Source: Myxococcota bacterium (GTDB taxonomy: Bacteria > Myxococcota_A > SURF-8 > G963663525). From it: a DNA stretch of 64,000 nucleotides. The stretch is taken from contig CAXXVK010000073.1 of the NCBI GenBank assembly GCA_963676915.2, positions 8,560 to 72,559 on the forward strand, read 5' to 3'. A model generated the notes under the pieces. That model made no database searches, had not been told where the DNA came from, and saw nothing but the letters and a program-made list of their open reading frames with translations. The stretch's first letter is position 1, and the number at the start of each line of letters is the position of its first letter. Positions 37,198 through 47,375 of the stretch are shown here, in pieces. A program made the translations under genes and the position numbers.

Positions 37198-40100
37198 TTA
37201 GTTGCTGGTGGAGTAATTGCCCGCGTTGGACACCTCCAAGGAGTAGTCTTCGCAAGAAGGCACCGTATGAGGAGCACGGAAGACCTTGATGTAAAACTCC
37301 TGGTTTTCCGCACTGCACAGGTTGTAAATGGGTCGATTGCCCCACGGCCAGCGCATTTCGTTCTCGGGATTGCTTTCCTCGGGGGACCATGCATCGTCCA
37401 CATTGGGATTGATGGTATCGCAAGGATTCTGACCGGGGAACATGTACAGCGGGCTGCGATTTTCGACATGACCGATGTGGTTGTTTTCGTGGTCGGGAGT
37501 CAGATAACCGTTATCCTGAATCGGAACTGCCGTTGCCGCGTATCCAAGGTCATCCCCATAGAAGTCATAGGCGAACGTGAACGGCTCGAGGTTCCCGTCC
37601 GTGGTGTTCGGGTCTGTGGGGCAGATGCGCTCGGAGCAGGTTCTATAGACCTCGAAACGATACTGATTTCGGGGATTTTCGGAAAATGCAATGCGGAAGT
37701 AGAAATTGTCCGCACCGGAATCCGATGTATCAAGCGCTTTGACTCGATACCAGTCTACGTCCGTACACCAAACATCATCACCATCAGCCACCTGGAGGTT
37801 GGCGGGGCAGGTCTGGCCAGTAGATGCGTTGTAACGGAAACGGATGATGTTTCCTCGTAAGAAATCGCTGGTACCTGGAATCTGGTCCCGGAACTCTCCA
37901 CCAAACACTGCATCGGAACAGGTGTCGCCACGATCGGCCTGGTCGTTGTAATCGGTCGGACATTCACAGCCGGTGTCGTAGATATCGTCGATGTCGTAGT
38001 ATTCCGGGTTGCAGTTTTCGATGACACAGGTTCCCGAATCACAGGCCGAGGTTGCATTTGCTGCGTTGCAGACTTTGCCGCAGCCACCGCAGTTGTTGAT
38101 GTCGTCATTATCGCTGGAGAAGCCTTCATCCACCACACAGTCGCAGTCGTTATCGTATCCGTCACAGACTTCGATTCGTTCAGGCAGCATAGGATTGTAG
38201 TCGCTTCCACCCGGTGAGGTGGAGCAGATGGTTCGTTGATGATATGGATCGGAGGAATCGCATTCCCAGCGGCCGAAGATCGGCTCGAGAGTTTCGGGAT
38301 CCAAACCGCACGTTCCACAGGCCTGGCATTTGTTGGCCGGACCTTCCGCAATAAAGTCTTCATCGGTTTTGCCGTCGCAGTCGTTGTCGATACCGTCGCA
38401 GACTTCGACTTCGGGATAGTATTGCGAACCGCCCGGAAGGGTCGAGCAAACCGTTTCGCGAGGATTCAGACCATCGCATTCCCAGCGGCCATCCACGCAG
38501 GTACCCGTACCGAGACAATGCGTGTCGATATCGTAATTGTTGTCGATGATGCCGTCGCAGTCGTTGTCTTTACCGTCGCAGAGTTCCTCGCGAGCCGGAT
38601 CGTAGGGGAACGGCACGTGATCCGAACCACCGGGATCGACCGAGCATTGGACTTCTGAGGCGTTTTTGCATTCGAGTTCACCCGTGATCAAACGACACTC
38701 GCCGGTTCCAACACAGGCCTGCCCAACGTTCAGGCCGGGGATGTCATCGATGTACCCGTTGCAGTCGTTGTCCACTTCATCGCAGATTTCAATGCTCGAC
38801 ACCTGATCATAGGTCGAGCCGCCGATGCCGGTCGAGCAGATCTTGTCGCCACTGCCGTAAGGGTCACATTCCCAAACGCCCGCTCGCGGAACCTGCTGAC
38901 CATCGACGAACTGGAAGCCGCATTGTCCCGGCGCGTAGCAAGGCCACTCGGGGTCGTCCAGGTGGAAATCTTCGTCGATTTCGCCATCGCAATCATTGTC
39001 GATACCGTCACAGATTTCTTCGGTGGAGCGATCCTGGGAACCTCCGGGGCTGGTAGAGCAGATCGTACCGTACAGGTTTTCCGGGTCGCATTGGCCCACG
39101 CCATATTTATCGACCGGTACCGCACCGGAATAATCCTTGCCGCATTGACCGACGCCCTGGCAGGTACAACCAATGTAAATGTCGTCCGAGCCGCTACCGG
39201 GACAGATGTTGTCCGGTGCTTTGTAGACTTCATCGACCTCACCATCGCAGTCGTCGTCTTCGCTGTTGCAAAGCTCGTATTCGGCGCCAGCGTCGTTGCC
39301 TGTACAATAGACGGTCATCTGGTTGGGATCGCTTAGATCACAGCGGAACACGCCGCTCTGACAGTTTCCTTCACCTCGGCAGTAGCGGTTGACGCAATCG
39401 TCGCAAACACCGGAAATATCTTCACGAATAAAGTACGTGCCGTTGTCGATTTCGCCATCGCAGTCGTTGTCGTTTCCGTCGCAGACCTCTTTACGGATTT
39501 CCAGGTTGGGATCGTACTGAGATCCGCCAGGATTGGCCGAGCAGCGCGTTGCAGAGGCTCCGGCACATTCGACGTGTCCCAGGCCGCATTCGCCTTCACC
39601 CAGGCAGAGTTCACCCACGTTCCAGTCTTCATCCACTTCGCCGTCACAGTCGTTGTCACGGTTGTCGCAGCTTTCCGGGGTGGCCCAATGGAGGTATTCC
39701 GAACCGTTGATGTCCGACGAGCAGATCATGCCCAGTTTGGACACAGGGTCGCATTCCCATACACCCACGCCGCAAGCGCCTTCACCATCGCAGCAGTCGG
39801 GATCGCTGGGATCGCTGGGATCACAGCAGTTTGCGGGGTCGGCCTCCGGATCGTTGCAGTACAGTACGCCGACGGCGTAACCGTCATCGATGACACCGTT
39901 GCAATCGTTGTCCAAACCGTCGCAATATTCCACGCGATTAAGTGTTTCGGTGCAGGGGTATTCGCAGTCGGCCGGATTGTCGTCGAGGTCGTGGCTTCCT
40001 TCAGGGCAGTCCATGCCGTCGCCACGGAAATACAATTCCCGCCAGCCGTACCCTTCAGGGCATTTGTTTTCCGAGCTGGGTTCGCCGTATCCGGGGTGGC

Positions 40101-42765
40101 TTTGTACATCCTGAAAGTCGTTGGAACAGATGCCGAGAACCATATCCTGGCGAGTAGGAAGACCGCTGGGACAGAACGTGATGTTGAAGGTAAATTCATC
40201 GCCGTAAATCGAATACGGATGCAAGGTGGTCGGAGGCGTGGGAGTCAGGTCGCTGATGACCCAGCTCGACGTCGTACCACCCAGGTACTGGAGAATGGAA
40301 ATGGAGTAGATTTCCAGTCCGCCCTGACCTTCGTTGTACATTCGAATTTCTAGCGGATCCTGCCCGATGTTGTTGGGGTTCGAGTCGGAACAGGCATTTT
40401 TCATAACGTCGCCCATGTCGATGGGATTGGCGACCGTTCCGAAGGGAACGATTTTCATCGTCGGGTTTACACCGTTACCCAGCAGATCAACGTTGATCTC
40501 GATGTACTCTTCCCGGTAGTCGTTGGTTTCAAACACGAGGCTGCCATCCAGAATGCCGGGGACGACCATCGGTTGGAAATTGACGGTGATTTCCTCTTGC
40601 TGACCGATCGTGATTTCAGGAAGCAAACGAGGGGAAAAACTGTAATATTGGGAGGTTTCCGGTGCAAAGCGGATGTTGCTGATTTCCAGGGCCATGCGGC
40701 CATTGTTTTTCAGGATCAACACTTCATCGAAACCTTCGGGAGAATTCAACGGAACTTCGCCCCAGTCAATCTGGGCATCCAGCGGATCGAAGTTGGCGTT
40801 TCCTTCCAGTTGCATTTCGAGCCACGGCGCGATGGGAATTCCGACGAGCGGAATCGGCCACTCGGGGTCGCGGGCGTTGTCGGTGATCATCACCGCCTGG
40901 CAATTGTCGATGGCCCGGTTGATTTCATCCACTTCGAGCGGCATGTATTCGATAACAAATTCCGAATGACCACCGTTGGGCGGAATCGGTCGCGGCATGG
41001 TGAGTTGGTCGGATACCCGGAGCTGGAAGTCCTCGCAACCCTCACCGAAGAGGAACTGTTCCACCGTCAGATCACCGGCACCCATGTTGGTGACTTCGAT
41101 GGGACACAAGTGCGGTTCCGTCGTGTTGTACGGAACATCCTGATATCTACAACTCGACGGATTGACTTCGATATGAGACATCACCGCTTTGCAGGTAAGC
41201 GAAAGGTACTGCGTGCCCGATTCGTCGTTGGAATGGATCGCAATCACCCCCTGATAAGGGTCGTCCCGGACTTGATCGGGGCTGCATTTGACGGAGAACG
41301 TTACGTACTGGTTCGGCGGAATGCGGTACTCGCCGCCATCGTTGCCATGAAGGTTCAGTTCGAAGACACCGTATTCGTCCTGGAGTTCTACGCCGTCCAC
41401 GCCGTCTCCACCGGTTTCCACGATACCTTGGCAGGTACTACGCAAAACGACTTCCTGGCTGACGGTCGAACCGATGGAAACCTGACCGAAATCGATGCCT
41501 TCGGGAGGTTCGACTTCGAGGCAGGGTTTCACGCCTGCACCTTCCAGCGGAACGACGATCGGATTTTCAAACGTACCGGATGCCGTGTCGGCATCGTGGT
41601 AAATCAACAGGTCGCTGACGTGTGTTCCCTGGTTCTGAGGAATGAAATCGACCGTGATTTGCAGCGACTCGGCGTTGCTGACGTGGTAGGGAGCCAAAAG
41701 AACGTTCCGATAGGTCGCTTCGTCGATAGCGTAATGCGGGTTACGATCTCCGGGGGGATCCAATTCGACTTTGAGGATAGTCAAGACTTTGTTGCTGTCG
41801 GGATCTTCCACCGCGTTGGTGACGGTAATCGTTGTCTGAGCGCTGTCACCCAGATCGATGTTGCCGAAGTTGTAGTCGGAAGGCGACACATCGATATTGG
41901 ATTTTCCTTTGTACTGGGTGGCCATCGGAATGACCGGCTTGCCGTTGGGCGGATAGCAGACATCGTCGCTGTAAATCTGGATGCTGCCGGTGTCGCGTCC
42001 GGCGTCCGTCGGGGTGACTTTGACCTGATAGACGTTGCAAGCCGGGGAGGCTTCCGAACCGGCTGCGATGGTAATGGTGTCGATGCCGGGATCCTGCATC
42101 CACTCGAAATCCGAGGAGGTATCGTCGGTGAACTGGAGAGAGTAAATCGTCAGGGGTTCCGGGCAGGAGTTGCAGAGGTAAAGACTTTGCAACGAAGAAT
42201 TTCGCAACTGAACCACACCGAAGTTCATGTTGGTGGGTTCGAGAGACAGGCAAACCGGACCATCGCAGGAGGAGACATCGTCATCGTCGTCTTCGTCCGT
42301 ACCGGTCTGGCCGGGGATTTCACACAAGCACTGATCGTTGCAGATTTGCTCGGAGTTGGGGCAGTGAAGGTCTTCCGAGCATTGACCGGGGACATCGGCC
42401 CCTTGGATCAGGCAGTGATTGAAATACGCTTCAGGAGCGTCGCAATCCGGGACGAGGCAGCAGTATTCCACACCGGTTTCGCAATCGGCGTTGGAATCGC
42501 AGGAACTGCCGACGGCATTGACGCATGGACCTTCTGCCAGAGGGATGCAGCGATCCTGGTAGCAATATTCGTCGATCGTGCAGTCCGTGTCACGGGTGCA
42601 GCCGTTAGGTACGTCCGAATCGGTGGAGGAAGAATTATCTTTGTCTCCATCGATGGGATCGACCGTGCCTGAACTATCATCGCAACCCGTTCCAACCCCA
42701 AAAGCAATGAGAATCGCCAACACGACCCATAACGAAATGCTTCGACTGGAAATACACCTGCCCAT
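37198..42765 (-). CDS. Giant Cys/Asp-rich surface lipoprotein (~1855 aa) with about six ASH/Ig-like domains and nine MopE-like repeats
   Basis: GAGGAG RBS, signal peptide and lipobox VGTGC. Repeated P...(D/N)FG.V.....+.+.N domains, nine E.C(D/N)..D(N/D)DC.G..D units and a DINNCGGCGKVC motif. Confidence 0.8.
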   Translation of the reverse strand: MGRCISSRSISLWVVLAILIAFGVGTGCDDSSGTVDPIDGDKDNSSSTDSDVPNGCTRDTDCTIDEYCYQDRCIPLAEGPCVNAVGSSCDSNADCETGVEYCCLVPDCDAPEAYFNHCLIQGADVPGQCSEDLHCPNSEQICNDQCLCEIPGQTGTDEDDDDDVSSCDGPVCLSLEPTNMNFGVVQLRNSSLQSLYLCNSCPEPLTIYSLQFTDDTSSDFEWMQDPGIDTITIAAGSEASPACNVYQVKVTPTDAGRDTGSIQIYSDDVCYPPNGKPVIPMATQYKGKSNIDVSPSDYNFGNIDLGDSAQTTITVTNAVEDPDSNKVLTILKVELDPPGDRNPHYAIDEATYRNVLLAPYHVSNAESLQITVDFIPQNQGTHVSDLLIYHDADTASGTFENPIVVPLEGAGVKPCLEVEPPEGIDFGQVSIGSTVSQEVVLRSTCQGIVETGGDGVDGVELQDEYGVFELNLHGNDGGEYRIPPNQYVTFSVKCSPDQVRDDPYQGVIAIHSNDESGTQYLSLTCKAVMSHIEVNPSSCRYQDVPYNTTEPHLCPIEVTNMGAGDLTVEQFLFGEGCEDFQLRVSDQLTMPRPIPPNGGHSEFVIEYMPLEVDEINRAIDNCQAVMITDNARDPEWPIPLVGIPIAPWLEMQLEGNANFDPLDAQIDWGEVPLNSPEGFDEVLILKNNGRMALEISNIRFAPETSQYYSFSPRLLPEITIGQQEEITVNFQPMVVPGILDGSLVFETNDYREEYIEINVDLLGNGVNPTMKIVPFGTVANPIDMGDVMKNACSDSNPNNIGQDPLEIRMYNEGQGGLEIYSISILQYLGGTTSSWVISDLTPTPPTTLHPYSIYGDEFTFNITFCPSGLPTRQDMVLGICSNDFQDVQSHPGYGEPSSENKCPEGYGWRELYFRGDGMDCPEGSHDLDDNPADCEYPCTETLNRVEYCDGLDNDCNGVIDDGYAVGVLYCNDPEADPANCCDPSDPSDPDCCDGEGACGVGVWECDPVSKLGMICSSDINGSEYLHWATPESCDNRDNDCDGEVDEDWNVGELCLGEGECGLGHVECAGASATRCSANPGGSQYDPNLEIRKEVCDGNDNDCDGEIDNGTYFIREDISGVCDDCVNRYCRGEGNCQSGVFRCDLSDPNQMTVYCTGNDAGAEYELCNSEDDDCDGEVDEVYKAPDNICPGSGSDDIYIGCTCQGVGQCGKDYSGAVPVDKYGVGQCDPENLYGTICSTSPGGSQDRSTEEICDGIDNDCDGEIDEDFHLDDPEWPCYAPGQCGFQFVDGQQVPRAGVWECDPYGSGDKICSTGIGGSTYDQVSSIEICDEVDNDCNGYIDDIPGLNVGQACVGTGECRLITGELECKNASEVQCSVDPGGSDHVPFPYDPAREELCDGKDNDCDGIIDNNYDIDTHCLGTGTCVDGRWECDGLNPRETVCSTLPGGSQYYPEVEVCDGIDNDCDGKTDEDFIAEGPANKCQACGTCGLDPETLEPIFGRWECDSSDPYHQRTICSTSPGGSDYNPMLPERIEVCDGYDNDCDCVVDEGFSSDNDDINNCGGCGKVCNAANATSACDSGTCVIENCNPEYYDIDDIYDTGCECPTDYNDQADRGDTCSDAVFGGEFRDQIPGTSDFLRGNIIRFRYNASTGQTCPANLQVADGDDVWCTDVDWYRVKALDTSDSGADNFYFRIAFSENPRNQYRFEVYRTCSERICPTDPNTTDGNLEPFTFAYDFYGDDLGYAATAVPIQDNGYLTPDHENNHIGHVENRSPLYMFPGQNPCDTINPNVDDAWSPEESNPENEMRWPWGNRPIYNLCSAENQEFYIKVFRAPHTVPSCEDYSLEVSNAGNYSTSN

Positions 42766-43147
42766 CCCACATCTCCTCAGTAAATGTCCCGGAAGGATTC
42801 GTCCCCCTGGGATTGTATCGGTTGAAAACGTCGGTTTAGTCTTCATTCGTTTGGAAATACCTATATTAAGCGAAGTCAAAATTTAGTCAAGGGAAACCTC
42901 ATTGCGCCCGATCACAGGAAACCTTAAATTGCCCAAATAATTACAGCTTGTTAGCAATTTGTACGGTTTTCGTATTACGAACCTTCAATCGTGCGTTTCT
43001 AGACTTCCCACCTCCCTTGAAAAAAGGAGTGCCTTCTTCAAAGCGGTTCTTTCTGAACGAATCCTTTCGAAAAACCGCTCATTCGATTAGACGTGCTTCC
43101 CTTCCGGTTTTCGGCATAGGATGCAATTTTTTCAATTTATTGAAGAA

Positions 43148-44182
43148 TTAGGGAGTTTCCAGCGACGGATTTCGTAATTCGTCCGCCGAGAGAATACGCT
43201 CTCCGGCAATGGGTTGTTGTTCGGAAAACCCTCGATGCTCCACATATTCTCCCGGTACGCCGTCGCAAACCAGGAAATAGCGGCAGCTGGCGCAGGAAGA
43301 TGCTTTTAATTTGTAATGACTCCCGGTAACAGAATAGCTTTTTTCCCGCTTTTCCGAGTGCAACGCGACGAATTTCTCGACATGGCGCCGAACGGGGCGG
43401 CGGTTCCAGTACAATTCGTCGGCTACATAAACGTATTCGCCAAGGTGACATAATGGAACGTTGGCCACGGTCAATCGCTGGTTTGCGTCGTCGGCCAATT
43501 TCATTGCCTCGATCAATCCCGGTTCTACGTCCCGATAGGTGGGCACGATGTCTTGAAAATGCTCGTAGGCTCGACCAACGGGTCGCACGAAAGCCCAATG
43601 AATGCGCCCCACCTGCCAGTCTATCAAAAACCTCATCAATTCCGGCAAGTTATTTGCATTGTGCGAGTGAATGACACTCGTGGCCCAGAAGTCGTGACCG
43701 GCCTCTCGGAGGTTTTTCAAAGCAGCATGAAGATCTTCGAAAGCTCCCGGCGATCCGGTAGCGGCATCGTGAACGGCGGCATCGGCTCCGTGAATCGATA
43801 GATTGACCCGACTCAACCCGGCCTCGAAGGCCGCTTGCATGAAATTCCGGTCGGCAAAGCGGCGTCCATTGGTGGTGACGAAAACCGTTCGGTATCGGCA
43901 GCGCCGAGCAAACTCGACCAACTCGACGAAATCCTTGCGGATCGTCGGTTCCCCCCCCAGAAAGGTCAAGTGGTCGTACCCCTGTCGGCGAAGGTCGATC
44001 AATTTCTTCTTGATGGCAACCGTCGAAGTCTTTTGGCGGGCTTCTTCGGCGATTTCGCTGGTTCGGTGGTAGTATTCCGAGCAAAAACAGCAGCGATTGT
44101 TGCAGACGTACCCGAGGCCGATTTCGGCGCGTCGGTCCCGAGGACGTGGAGCGGAAGGGCTCATCGAGCGATCCGAAAACAT
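43148..44182 (-). CDS. Radical SAM protein, HxsC-like
   Basis: CNNRCCFC, FLGGEPTIR, TTNGR, SIHG....HD, NVPLC and C-terminal C..C....CDG. Lies near hxsD/hxsB. Confidence 0.75.
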   Translation of the reverse strand: MFSDRSMSPSAPRPRDRRAEIGLGYVCNNRCCFCSEYYHRTSEIAEEARQKTSTVAIKKKLIDLRRQGYDHLTFLGGEPTIRKDFVELVEFARRCRYRTVFVTTNGRRFADRNFMQAAFEAGLSRVNLSIHGADAAVHDAATGSPGAFEDLHAALKNLREAGHDFWATSVIHSHNANNLPELMRFLIDWQVGRIHWAFVRPVGRAYEHFQDIVPTYRDVEPGLIEAMKLADDANQRLTVANVPLCHLGEYVYVADELYWNRRPVRRHVEKFVALHSEKREKSYSVTGSHYKLKASSCASCRYFLVCDGVPGEYVEHRGFSEQQPIAGERILSADELRNPSLETP

Positions 44183-44519
44183 GAGAAAAGTCTTGTTATT
44201 TCAATGGGATTTGACATCAGATCCATTCTCATAAGTTAGAAAACACCGACCTTGAAGCAACCTTCGTATTTTGCTTGGAAAAGTGTCGTTTGTACAGTAC
44301 CGATTCTATGATTTCAGGGTAAAGCGCTGGCTGTACCTGTCAAGGAAATGTGACAGACAATTGACCGTTTTTTATTTGTCCTGACAAATATAGTTGCAAA
44401 TATGTTTGCAAAGTGTCATTTTATCGAAACTCCGAAGAATTCGGACAGCGGAGGCGTGTTAAAATGACACGATTGCTTTCCTCTTTGAAAAGCAAGAGAT
44501 AGTACCGTAAAGGTTTGGA

Positions 44520-45419
44520 ATGGTTATTGATTTTGCATTTTTTTTCTATTGCCTGGTGTTTAGCCTTCTAGGGCTGATTTCCGGTGCGGTAGTGGTGTTG
44601 ATGCGAATCATCGGCATCGTGTTCGGCTATCTTCTGTCCGATTGGATGGCCCCCGTATTGACCAGGATGCTGGATGAGGAAGGCGGTATCAGTCCCGAAA
44701 CGTTGACCCATGTGTGTTTTGTCACAACGTGGGTGATTTTTTATATCGGAATCGTCGTTTGGGGAAAACATACCAGTGCGGGGCTTGCAGAGAATTCCAA
44801 AAGTTTCAACAAGATCAATACGGCGGGTGGGTTTTTCCTTGGCCTGATTCAGGCTGTGCTGCTTTTTCTCGTGTCGATGTACGCTGTTTCCTTCGTAAAA
44901 GCAACAGTTTACGAAGTTCGTCCCGAAGCTCGCGACTGGGTGATGGAATCGGCGGTGCTCAACTTCTGGGCGGATACGCCTGTGGCGGATCTCGTGCTGC
45001 CAGGTGAAATCGTCGATCTGGCAACGCTGTTCAAACGTCTGGACAACAAAGTAGAGATATCGTCGCTTGGAAAAGCGGAAAACAAATCCGGGAAGAGCGA
45101 AAAAGAAAAACAGGCGATTTGCCGCGAGCGCCGGAAGCGCCTTATGGCCAGCAAAGACGCTCGGGAGATTTTTCAAGATAAAGAGCTGATGGAAACCCTG
45201 AAAAGCGGGAAAGTTTTCGAAGCGATGAAGCATGAAAAGATCCGTGCTTTGTATAGTAATCCTGCGGTGTTATACGGTCTTTTGGAAGAGATGCGGGGAA
45301 TGTTCGACGACGAATGTTCCCTGGAGGATATCGAAAACGAACCTGCCAAAACCCCTCCGAAAAAGTCGAAACGTAGCCGAAAGAAAAAAACACGGAAAAA
45401 GAAACAAAAAGGCGAGTAA
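44520..45419 (+). CDS. CvpA (colicin V production)-family membrane protein
   Basis: Four N-terminal TM helices and INTAGGFFLGLIQA, followed by a soluble C-terminal extension. Confidence 0.7.
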   Translation: MVIDFAFFFYCLVFSLLGLISGAVVVLMRIIGIVFGYLLSDWMAPVLTRMLDEEGGISPETLTHVCFVTTWVIFYIGIVVWGKHTSAGLAENSKSFNKINTAGGFFLGLIQAVLLFLVSMYAVSFVKATVYEVRPEARDWVMESAVLNFWADTPVADLVLPGEIVDLATLFKRLDNKVEISSLGKAENKSGKSEKEKQAICRERRKRLMASKDAREIFQDKELMETLKSGKVFEAMKHEKIRALYSNPAVLYGLLEEMRGMFDDECSLEDIENEPAKTPPKKSKRSRKKKTRKKKQKGE

Positions 45420-45616
45420 TCTTAACTATTTTCGTCCTTTTCCATCTTCTTCTCGCCTATTCCCCGGACGGGAAGAATTGACTTTCTCGGCTTCGACTGA
45501 TAATCACAATGGAATCCCAATTCCGGTGGTCAGTGTTCACAATCCGGAGGGTTTTTCGCTTCGAAACAACAACAAAAAGTGTCTCCGGTTCCTTTTTTAC
45601 GCAAGGAGATCGACTG

Positions 45617-45748
45617 GTGAAAGACGCACTTCTCGTTTTCGCGAATGGAATGGTTGGCGTGTTTGCGGGCATGGCCATTCTTTACATTTCGATTCGTACC
45701 ACATCGTTTGTACTGGATAAACTGGAAGGAAAGAAGGAGCAGTCGTGA
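45617..45748 (+). CDS. Na+-translocating decarboxylase gamma/delta-type subunit (OadG-like)
   Basis: GTG after AAGGAG; single TM GMVGVFAGMAILYISI; overlaps the beta subunit start. Confidence 0.7.
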   Translation: MKDALLVFANGMVGVFAGMAILYISIRTTSFVLDKLEGKKEQS

Positions 45749-46863
45749 ACGATTCGATGTTTTCACTTCTCGATAGTCTCGGCTTGCTGGCGTTGACGCC
45801 CGGAATGCTGGTGATGTGGGTGATCGGCTTTACGCTGATTTTTCTCGCCGTGGCCAAAGAATACGAGCCGTTGCTGCTTTTGCCTATCGGTTTCGGGATT
45901 TTATTGGCCAACCTGCCCATGACGCATCTGATGGAGCCGGGAGAGGGGTTAATCTGGCGCTTTTACCATTACGGCATCGAATGGGAAGTCATTCCGCCGT
46001 TGATTTTCCTTGGACTGGGCGCTCTGACCGATTTCGGTCCGTTGCTGGCCCAACCTCGGCTGATTTTCCTGGGAGCCGCCGCTCAAGCGGGGGTGTACGT
46101 GACCTTTTTCGTTGCTTGGGCCATCGGTTTCGATTTGCAGGAGGCGGCGACGATTGGAATTATCGGAGGGGCGGACGGACCGACGACGATTTTCCTTGCC
46201 TCCAATCTTGCACCCCATCTCTTGGCGAGTTGCGCCGTGGCCGCCTATTCCTACATGGCGATGGTGCCGATTATCCAACCGCCGATCATGAAACTGCTCA
46301 CCACCGAAAACGAGCGCAAAATCAAGATGAAGCGGGGACGCAAAGTGGGGCGCAAGGAAAAACTGCTGTTCCCGATCATCTCCGCCGTGGTAATCCTGCT
46401 GATCGTTCCGGCCTCCGCGCCATTGATTGCCATGTTCATGCTGGGCAACCTCTTCCGTGAGGCCAAAGTGGTTGAGCGCTTAAGCAATGCCGCACAGAAC
46501 GAACTCATGAATATCGTTACGATTTTCCTGGGTGTGTCCATCGGTGCGACGATGACGGCCGAGAACTTTCTCAAGAAAGAAGCGCTTTTTATCTTTTTCC
46601 TTGGACTGTTCGCGTTTATGATCAGTACGGCCACCGGGGTGCTGTTGGCCAAGTTGATGAATTTGTTCACGAAGAACAAAATCAACCCGCTGATCGGAGC
46701 CGCCGGGGTGTCGGCAGTGCCGATGGCGGCACGAGTCGCTCACAAAGTCGGATCGGAAGCGGACAAACGAAACTACTTGCTGATGTTCGCGATGGGACCG
46801 AACATCGCGGGAGTCATCGGCACCGTGATCGCAGCCGGTATCTTTTTGATGTTGTTGAAATAG
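45745..46863 (+). CDS. oadB: Na+-translocating decarboxylase beta subunit
   Basis: YEPLLLLPIGFG, GIIGGADGPT, AAYSYMAMVPIIQPP, GVSAVPMAARV, AMGPNIAGVIG. Confidence 0.93.
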   Translation: MNDSMFSLLDSLGLLALTPGMLVMWVIGFTLIFLAVAKEYEPLLLLPIGFGILLANLPMTHLMEPGEGLIWRFYHYGIEWEVIPPLIFLGLGALTDFGPLLAQPRLIFLGAAAQAGVYVTFFVAWAIGFDLQEAATIGIIGGADGPTTIFLASNLAPHLLASCAVAAYSYMAMVPIIQPPIMKLLTTENERKIKMKRGRKVGRKEKLLFPIISAVVILLIVPASAPLIAMFMLGNLFREAKVVERLSNAAQNELMNIVTIFLGVSIGATMTAENFLKKEALFIFFLGLFAFMISTATGVLLAKLMNLFTKNKINPLIGAAGVSAVPMAARVAHKVGSEADKRNYLLMFAMGPNIAGVIGTVIAAGIFLMLLK

Positions 46864-46886
46864 TTTATCAAACAGGAGAAAAGCAC

Positions 46887-47102
46887 ATGGCCAACGAAGT
46901 ATTCGCTCCTCTGGCGGGAAAAATCGTCAAAGTCAGCATCGAAGTGGGACAGCAGGTCGAGGAAGACGACGAAGCGATGGTGATCGAGGCGATGAAAATG
47001 GAAACGCCGGTGTATTTGGAGTTTTCCGGAACGGTCAAAGAAATCAACGTCAAAGAAGGCCAGCAGGTCGAAGAGGAAGACGTTTTGGCCGTGATCGAGT
47101 AA
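46887..47102 (+). CDS. Stand-alone biotin carboxyl carrier protein
   Basis: 71 aa with the EAMKME biotinylation motif. Confidence 0.9.
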   Translation: MANEVFAPLAGKIVKVSIEVGQQVEEDDEAMVIEAMKMETPVYLEFSGTVKEINVKEGQQVEEEDVLAVIE

Positions 47103-47375
47103 ATTCTCGTAAAACTCTGCAATTACAACTGGTTATGCTGTTTATTGTGCCCGCCGAAACTTGTGTTTCGTGCGGGCGCTTTGTATGAAGATCGAATCGG
47201 AAGGGTGCAGCAGCGTCGTTCGAACGCAGAAAACCCGCCGAAACTCTCGGAAACGTTGCTTTTTTTGCCTGAATTTCTTTTTTTTGTTCGATCCTGGTTC
47301 AATTTTTCTTGCAGGTTGAACGGGCAATGGATACAGTCGCCATGACATGGGAAACCCGGAGATTCTGCTAACAGT

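Noticed and set aside
37900-39940. Repeated gcagtcgttgtc-like DNA units as a CRISPR array or DGR template/variable repeats
   Set aside because: They are degenerate, irregularly spaced codons for DNDC protein repeats inside a CDS. No cas or reverse transcriptase gene is present.
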